The translations under genes and the position numbers were made by a program. DNA of 12,066 nucleotides from Suipraeoptans sp. (lineage in GTDB: Bacteria; Bacillota; Clostridia; Lachnospirales; Lachnospiraceae), in the NCBI GenBank assembly GCA_047973235.1, contig JBKEBP010000032.1:1-12066 (forward strand), read 5' to 3'. The notes under the pieces are model-generated. The model was not told the DNA's origin, did not search any database, and saw only the letters and a list, made by a program, of their open reading frames with translations. Each line of letters opens with the position of its first letter. Within the stretch, counting starts at the first letter, position 1. This document shows, piece by piece, positions 5,146 through 12,066 of this stretch.

Positions 5146-7518
5146 ATGAGCAGTACGAAAAGAATAGAGCGCTTGAGGCAAGAATATATTAATTCTAAGC
5201 CAGCTATTTGTTATGAGAGAGCACGTATATATACAGAGTCACATAAAAGAACAGAGGGAAAGCCGATAGCAATCAGAAGAGCACAAGCATTTTATGATTT
5301 TTGCAATGAGTTTAAATGCAAGATTTTCGACGATGAATTGATAGTCGGGACAGCCGGGAAATTTAGAAGGTCCGGGATATTAACACCTGAGTACTCTTGG
5401 ATGTGGGTGGACAGAGAGATGGATGATTTTGATAAACGTCCACAAGATCCATATATGATGACAAAGGACCAAATACGATACGTTAGAGAAGAAATCTTTC
5501 CTTATTGGGAGGGGAAGTCGTTAGAAGAACACTTTCTGGCACGACTGCCTAAGAGCACTGCAAAACTCGCGATAGATACTGGAATTATAGATAATGATTC
5601 GAAATGGCGTCAGGCAGTTGGTGAGATAACGCCTGATTATCAGGATATACTGTTTGTTAAAGGATTTGCAGGAATAAAAGATGAAGCTAAGGCTAAGCTA
5701 AAACAACTCGATTATTCTGACAGTGATGATTATGACAGAGCGATTTTTTACAAGTCTGTTATCTTAGTTAGTGAAGGCATTATAACATTTGCTAAGAAAT
5801 ATTCTGAGGAAGCAGCAAAACTTGCAGAAAAAGAAAATGATATAAAAAGAAAAGAAGAGCTAATAAGAATAAGTGAAGTGTGTAGTAAAGTTCCAGCAAA
5901 TCCTCCCCAAAGTTTTCATGAAGCAATTCAATTTGTATGGTTCACACAGTTAGGAGGAATTATTTCAGAGAATCCTCTGGCGCTAAATCCGGGACGATTT
6001 GATCAGTATATGTATCCATACTATAAAACGGATATAGAGTCGAATAAATTAAACGAAACTGATGCAATGGAGTATATAGAGGCTTTATGGCTCAAGTTTT
6101 CAGAGTGGGTATGGACGATATCATCGAATACTGCCGGTTTTTTTGCAGGATATAACCAATTTCAGAATTTAACCATAGGAGGAAGAACCAGAGAAGGCTT
6201 TGATGCAACTAATGAATTATCATATATGTGCCTTGATGCTACAGACAGTGTAAGAACTCACCAACCGGGATTGAGCGTTAGAATTCACAGTGATTGTCCA
6301 AGTGAGTTTCTAGATGCAGTTTGTAAACTGGTTAGTAAAGGGACAGGGTTTCCTGCGATACATAACGACCAAGCGGGTACCCAGATGCTCCTACAGGCAG
6401 GGTACGAGCCGGAAGATGCAAGGGATTGGAATAATTGCGGATGTGTAGTACCACATTTTAGAAAAACAGGTGAATGGACATCGGCTGTTAATGTGAATTT
6501 TGGTGCAGCGCTTGAGTATTCGCTAAACAGCGGCAGAAGTAGAATTACCAATGAAGTGATGGGAATAACAACAAATGAAATAGATGAGTATGAAGATTTT
6601 GATGAGGTGAAAAATGCATTTTTACTTGAACTTGATAATTTGATACATCATTCTGTAGTCGCAAGCATTGCCGCACAGAAATTACACCAAGAGATGGTTC
6701 CACGACCGTTTTTATCATCTTGTGTTGATGATTGTTTGCAAACGGGAGTTGATTTGAGTAATGGAGGAGCACACTATAATGTAGGTCCTGTTCTTACCGG
6801 TATAGGATTAGCAATAACTGCAAATTCTCTTGCTGTTATTAAAAAACTTGTATTTGAAGAGAAGAAAACCACACTTAGTGAATTAAATGATGCAATGAAT
6901 AAAAACTGGGAAGGCTATGAAGAACTAAGACGCCTAGTACTCAAAGTTCCTAAGTATGGAAATGACAATGATTATGTCGATAGTATTGCAGTTGAAATCT
7001 CAAACTATTATTATAGAAATATTAGAAAACATAAAGATATATTCGGATCTAATTTTAATAGTGCTTTCATGGGAATATCCAATTATATACCAACTGGCAG
7101 AGTAATCGGAGCTACGCCTGATGGACGAAGAGCGGGTGAACCATTGACGGAAGGTGTTTCACCATATGCCGGAAGTGATGTAGAAACGCCTTTAGCGGCA
7201 ATGCGCTCAAGTGCAAAGGTAAATCATGATGTACACACGGGAGGCACACTTCTTAACTTAAGATTAGGTGAAGATATGGTATCTACAAACCGTGGAAGAA
7301 GAAACTTAGGTGCGATGATTCAAGCATATTTTTCACTTGGAGCATTTCATGTGCAATTTAATACAGTATCTACAGATACACTTTTAAAAGCGCAAAAAAA
7401 TCCTGAAGATTATAAAGCTCTTTTAGTTAGGGTTGCAGGATATAGCACTCAGTTTGTCAACCTGTCTAAAGAAATGCAGGATGGCATCATAGTAAGAACA
7501 GCACATGAAAAGTTCTAA
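5146..7518 (+). CDS. Glycyl radical enzyme of the PFL2/glycerol-dehydratase/CutC/HypD fold with unassigned substrate. Glycyl-radical motif RVAGYS (Gly codon 7438-7440). Cys loop WNNCGCVVP (Cys codons 6436-6438 and 6442-6444) lacks the Glu at Cys+2 typical of dehydratase/lyase members.
   Basis: N-terminal ERLRQEYINSKPAICYERARIYTESHKRTEGKPIAIRRAQA, internal GATPDGRRAGEP, and C-terminal LLVRVAGYSTQFVNLSKEMQDGIIVRTAHEKF are family hallmarks. Start chosen at ATG 5146 (RBS AGGAGG 5134-5139) rather than the track's 5086. Confidence 0.9.
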   Translation: MSSTKRIERLRQEYINSKPAICYERARIYTESHKRTEGKPIAIRRAQAFYDFCNEFKCKIFDDELIVGTAGKFRRSGILTPEYSWMWVDREMDDFDKRPQDPYMMTKDQIRYVREEIFPYWEGKSLEEHFLARLPKSTAKLAIDTGIIDNDSKWRQAVGEITPDYQDILFVKGFAGIKDEAKAKLKQLDYSDSDDYDRAIFYKSVILVSEGIITFAKKYSEEAAKLAEKENDIKRKEELIRISEVCSKVPANPPQSFHEAIQFVWFTQLGGIISENPLALNPGRFDQYMYPYYKTDIESNKLNETDAMEYIEALWLKFSEWVWTISSNTAGFFAGYNQFQNLTIGGRTREGFDATNELSYMCLDATDSVRTHQPGLSVRIHSDCPSEFLDAVCKLVSKGTGFPAIHNDQAGTQMLLQAGYEPEDARDWNNCGCVVPHFRKTGEWTSAVNVNFGAALEYSLNSGRSRITNEVMGITTNEIDEYEDFDEVKNAFLLELDNLIHHSVVASIAAQKLHQEMVPRPFLSSCVDDCLQTGVDLSNGGAHYNVGPVLTGIGLAITANSLAVIKKLVFEEKKTTLSELNDAMNKNWEGYEELRRLVLKVPKYGNDNDYVDSIAVEISNYYYRNIRKHKDIFGSNFNSAFMGISNYIPTGRVIGATPDGRRAGEPLTEGVSPYAGSDVETPLAAMRSSAKVNHDVHTGGTLLNLRLGEDMVSTNRGRRNLGAMIQAYFSLGAFHVQFNTVSTDTLLKAQKNPEDYKALLVRVAGYSTQFVNLSKEMQDGIIVRTAHEKF

Positions 7519-7557
7519 CATAGAAGAGTTTTTATAGAGAAGAGTTTGAGGTAAAAA

Positions 7558-8466
7558 ATGAAAACAGTGCAAGACAAAGGCATGATACTTCAGATGCAGA
7601 ACCTTTCAGTTAATGATGGAGAGGGTATACGAACAACTATTTTTATGGCAGGTTGTCCTCTTAGATGCAAATGGTGTTCCAACCCTGAAAGCTTTACGAT
7701 AAAAAGAAAAGTGGCTGTATATCAATCAGAATGTATTAAATGTGAAAGGTGTAAAGATATATGTCCTTCTAATTTGTACATAAGTGAAAACAGAGCAGAT
7801 GAGAAACAGTGTATGCTCTGTGGAGCATGCGTAGAGAGTTGTCCGACACATGCTATCGAAATTATGAATGAGCAAATTTCTATAGATGACATAGTTAAAA
7901 GAATTGAAAGAGAAGAGCTTTTCTTTAGATATTCAAATGGTGGTGTGACATTTTCCGGTGGTGAAGCTACATTTCAGGAAGGATTTCTTAGAAGTATCGT
8001 TGACAGATTATATGAAAGAAATACTTCAATGTGGCTTGAAACTTGTGGGTATTTTGATTTTAATAGTTGCCGAGATATACTAGAGAAGCTCGACCATGTA
8101 TTTTTTGATATAAAGACTATGGATAGTACAAAGCACAAAGAGTATACCGGTGTTGATAACAAGTCAATTCTTGAAAATGCTAAGCATATATATGAGTTAA
8201 ATATTCCGATGACTATACGAGTCCCGTTAGTAAAACATATAAATGATAATGATGAAAACATTTATATGCTGTCATCATTTATTAGAGAGAATATTCCAAA
8301 TGCTGATATTGAAATATTACCGTATCATAATCTTGGTCTTATGAAATATAAGGCATTGGGGTATGAAGAACTTATAAATGAATACGAAACACCGGATGCC
8401 AAAAGAATTAGTGAAATATATAAAATATTCAGTACACACGATGTGAAAAGTGTTGAATACCGCTAA
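7558..8466 (+). CDS. Glycyl-radical-enzyme activating enzyme (radical SAM) with two additional ferredoxin-like 4Fe-4S motifs
   Basis: CPLRCKWC radical-SAM CxxxCxxC near the N-terminus, plus CIKCERCKDICP and CMLCGACVESCP. It lies 39 nt downstream of the GRE with RBS GAGGT. The ~300-aa size is typical of GD/CutD-type activases. Confidence 0.9.
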   Translation: MKTVQDKGMILQMQNLSVNDGEGIRTTIFMAGCPLRCKWCSNPESFTIKRKVAVYQSECIKCERCKDICPSNLYISENRADEKQCMLCGACVESCPTHAIEIMNEQISIDDIVKRIEREELFFRYSNGGVTFSGGEATFQEGFLRSIVDRLYERNTSMWLETCGYFDFNSCRDILEKLDHVFFDIKTMDSTKHKEYTGVDNKSILENAKHIYELNIPMTIRVPLVKHINDNDENIYMLSSFIRENIPNADIEILPYHNLGLMKYKALGYEELINEYETPDAKRISEIYKIFSTHDVKSVEYR

Positions 8467-8514
8467 AAATTAGAGAAAATATTATAATAATAACAAAAGG
8501 GATGAGGAAGAACA

Positions 8515-9363
8515 TTAGGTAAGCAGGTGCAAGTGATTTTCAAAGTTAACGCCATCGTTACCGGGAATGTTTTCTTGCGTTGAATCTTCCAATGAATGAT
8601 ATATAAAATCACCTGCAACTCTAATGCATTCGTCTACGGACTTTCCTTTAGCAATACCACCGGCTATGCATGAGGCGAATAAGTCCCCGGTACCGGAATA
8701 GCTTTTGCCTACATATGGAAATGAGAAGAAAGCAAAAGACTCACTAGTAACATGAAGGTTTCCCATATGGGCTATACCGACTTCGTTTTCTATTCGAATA
8801 CCGGTTACAATAACATGCTTATTTGAATTATTACAAAGAGACTTAGCGGTCTCTTTGATTTTATTTATTTTAGCGGAAGAATTTGAAATTTCATTAAGTG
8901 AATCGAAATCAGAACCTGTAAGTAAGCATAATTCCGTTAGATTGGGAGTTATAATTGTTGCCATTTTACATAGCTCGACAAGTTCAATACGAAGTGCGTC
9001 GCTGAACAAGCCATGAGTCACGCCATCATCACCCATAACCGGATCAACCAGAAGGAAGGTATCCTTTTTCATGAAAACTGATAGAAATTTCAAAATCTTA
9101 TCAACTTGTTTTTCACTTGCGAGGAAACCGGTATAAATACCATCAAAGTGAGGATTTAGTTTCTTCCATTCGTCTATGAAAATATCCATTTTATCAGTAT
9201 AGTCATCACAGAAATAGCTGTCATAGCCGGTCTGGGAAGTTAATATCGCAGTAGGCAGAGGATAAGCGCTTGCACCCATAGATGAAATTACTGAAATTGC
9301 AGCTACGAGTGAACAACGACCAAAACCTGATAAATCATTTATTACGGCAATTTTTTTTGTCAT
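8515..9363 (-). CDS. pdxK: Pyridoxal/pyridoxamine kinase family protein (PfkB/ribokinase superfamily, PdxY/PdxK-like)
   Basis: 282 aa. It has the N-terminal IAVINDLSGFGRCSLVAAISVISSMG motif and the GTGD-type anion-hole motif (SYSGTGDLFAS) seen in PdxK/PdxY-like kinases. It is convergent with the activase gene. Confidence 0.65.
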   Translation of the reverse strand: MTKKIAVINDLSGFGRCSLVAAISVISSMGASAYPLPTAILTSQTGYDSYFCDDYTDKMDIFIDEWKKLNPHFDGIYTGFLASEKQVDKILKFLSVFMKKDTFLLVDPVMGDDGVTHGLFSDALRIELVELCKMATIITPNLTELCLLTGSDFDSLNEISNSSAKINKIKETAKSLCNNSNKHVIVTGIRIENEVGIAHMGNLHVTSESFAFFSFPYVGKSYSGTGDLFASCIAGGIAKGKSVDECIRVAGDFIYHSLEDSTQENIPGNDGVNFENHLHLLT

Positions 9364-9435
9364 TTGGCAATCCTTTCGAATATCTTAATTATTCATCAAT
9401 ATTACACCAAATTGTTGGATTTGGAAATATACTGA

Positions 9436-9464
9436 TTGAAAAAAATTAAAAATAAGAATAGAAT
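9436..9464 (+). promoter_or_regulatory. Candidate promoter for the sigma-factor gene (-35 TTGAAA 9436-9441, 17-nt spacer, -10 TAGAAT 9459-9464)
   Basis: 5/6 and 5/6 hexamer matches with optimal spacing. The region is AT-rich, so chance matches are possible. Confidence 0.3.
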
Positions 9465-9499
9465 AGGATGTATAAATACTAATAACAAGGAGAAACACA

Positions 9500-10330
9500 A
9501 TGGAAAGAGAAGAACAAGCTTATTTACGAGAAATAGGTGATATTCCTCTTTTAACGGCAGATGAAGAGGTTGAATTGGCAAAAAGAATAGAGCAGGGTGA
9601 TGAAGCAGCTAAAACAAAACTTGAAGAGTCAAATTTGAAACTTGTTGTTTCAATTGCAAAGAAGTACCGTGGAAGAGGACTATCTTTTATGGATTTAATT
9701 CAAGAAGGTAATCTGGGGCTAATTAGAGCAGCAGAAAAATTTGATTACAAAAAGGGATTTAGATTTTCGACATATGCAAACTGGTGGATAAAACAATCTA
9801 TGACTAGAGCAATATTAGATAAATCAAGGACTATAAGGGTACCGGTTCATATGGCTGAAAATATCAATAGAGTATTAAAAGCTTCTAACGAGTTGACGGT
9901 AAATTTGGGCCGCGAGCCTACGCCGGCTGAAATTTCAATACATATGGGGACTAACACAGAACGAGAAGTATGTGACATGCTGGGATATGCACAAGATCCA
10001 CTATCACTTGAAACACCATATGGTGAAGAGGATGATACTAATTTAGAAAGCTTTATTGAGGACGTTAACAGTAGTAACCCCGAACTGGAAATAATGAAGG
10101 GCGTATTACACTCGGAAATAGAAGAAATTCTTGATACTTTGACAGAACGAGAAAAGAAAGTTATCAAAATGAGGTTTGGACTTAATCAAGAGGAGAAGAT
10201 ATATACTCTTGAGGAGGTTGGAAAGGACATAGGTCTTACTAGAGAACGTATTAGGCAGATAGAAAATAGAGCACTACGACAACTAAGAATTAATTTACAA
10301 AAAAGAGATAGTATGAGTGGGTCTTTATAG
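9500..10330 (+). CDS. Sigma-70 family RNA polymerase sigma factor. Regions 1.2-4 are very similar to primary RpoD/SigA, but region 1.1 and the non-conserved insert are absent (276 aa).
   Basis: [41 protein letters not shown] (region 2), a region 3 segment, and [27 protein letters not shown] (region 4.2 HTH). RBS AAGGAG 7 nt upstream. Confidence 0.9.
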   Translation: MEREEQAYLREIGDIPLLTADEEVELAKRIEQGDEAAKTKLEESNLKLVVSIAKKYRGRGLSFMDLIQEGNLGLIRAAEKFDYKKGFRFSTYANWWIKQSMTRAILDKSRTIRVPVHMAENINRVLKASNELTVNLGREPTPAEISIHMGTNTEREVCDMLGYAQDPLSLETPYGEEDDTNLESFIEDVNSSNPELEIMKGVLHSEIEEILDTLTEREKKVIKMRFGLNQEEKIYTLEEVGKDIGLTRERIRQIENRALRQLRINLQKRDSMSGSL

Positions 10331-10351
10331 GGTTATTATGCCGAAAAGCAG

Positions 10352-10380
10352 TTGACACTAGTGAGAAACTAGGATATAAT
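10352..10380 (+). promoter_or_regulatory. Consensus sigma-70 promoter for tRNA-Arg: -35 TTGACA (10352-10357), 17-nt spacer, -10 TATAAT (10375-10380)
   Basis: Perfect 6/6 matches for both hexamers with a 17-nt spacer, about 28 nt upstream of the tRNA 5' end. The spacer contains the palindrome CTAGTgagaaACTAG. Confidence 0.65.
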
Positions 10381-10408
10381 AACTTTTGCTGTTAATTAAG
10401 ATAGCAAT

Positions 10409-12033
<1,625 letters not shown>

Positions 12034-12066
12034 ATATAGACAGTAGAAGTTAAAACATATATAATA

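Noticed and set aside
6285-6772. Minus-strand ORFs (88 aa and 75 aa) inside the GRE gene, a similar one inside the activase (7974-8261), one inside the sigma gene (9847-10167) and two inside glpK (11135-11465)
   Set aside because: All are embedded in high-confidence conserved CDSs on the other strand or frame. They are small with no translation signals.
7522-7551. Direct repeat GAAGAGTTT twice in the GRE-activase intergenic spacer
   Set aside because: A 9-bp repeat in a 39-nt AT-rich spacer that mostly constitutes the activase RBS region is most likely chance. No associated hairpin or known motif.

Overview
The window splits into two compositional halves. Bases 1 to about 5050 are GC-rich (about 50-60% in coding stretches) apart from an AT-rich start. 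They open with the 3' end of an IS200/IS605-family tnpB (C-terminal zinc finger and RuvC-III motif, stop at 105), followed by a structured omega-RNA/right-end-like region. Next comes a tightly coupled three-gene operon ending in a strong intrinsic terminator. Gene 1 is a roughly 850-aa multidomain protein: N-terminal zinc ribbon, TIR domain with the catalytic Glu retained, TPR-like linker, seven-blade RCC1-like beta-propeller built from 114-bp tandem repeats, and a C-terminal zinc ribbon. Gene 2 is an SPFH/Band-7 protein of the COG4260 (YdjI-like) type, with one N-terminal and two duplicated C-terminal zinc ribbons, a coiled coil and a Gly-rich segment. Gene 3 is a small 4-TM membrane protein. 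I read this as a horizontally acquired candidate defence or membrane-stress module with a TIR effector that has not been described. The second half (about 5050 to the end, roughly 35% GC) looks like ordinary low-GC Firmicutes/Clostridia chromosome. It carries a glycyl-radical enzyme of the PFL2/glycerol-dehydratase fold with an atypical active-site loop (CGCVVP, Glu at Cys+2 replaced by Val) and its radical-SAM activase carrying extra ferredoxin-like clusters. It also carries a convergent pyridoxal-kinase-family gene, a divergent RpoD-like sigma factor lacking region 1.1, a tRNA-Arg(ACG) with a perfect consensus promoter and terminator, and glpK starting directly after that terminator. No CRISPR array or rRNA was seen.
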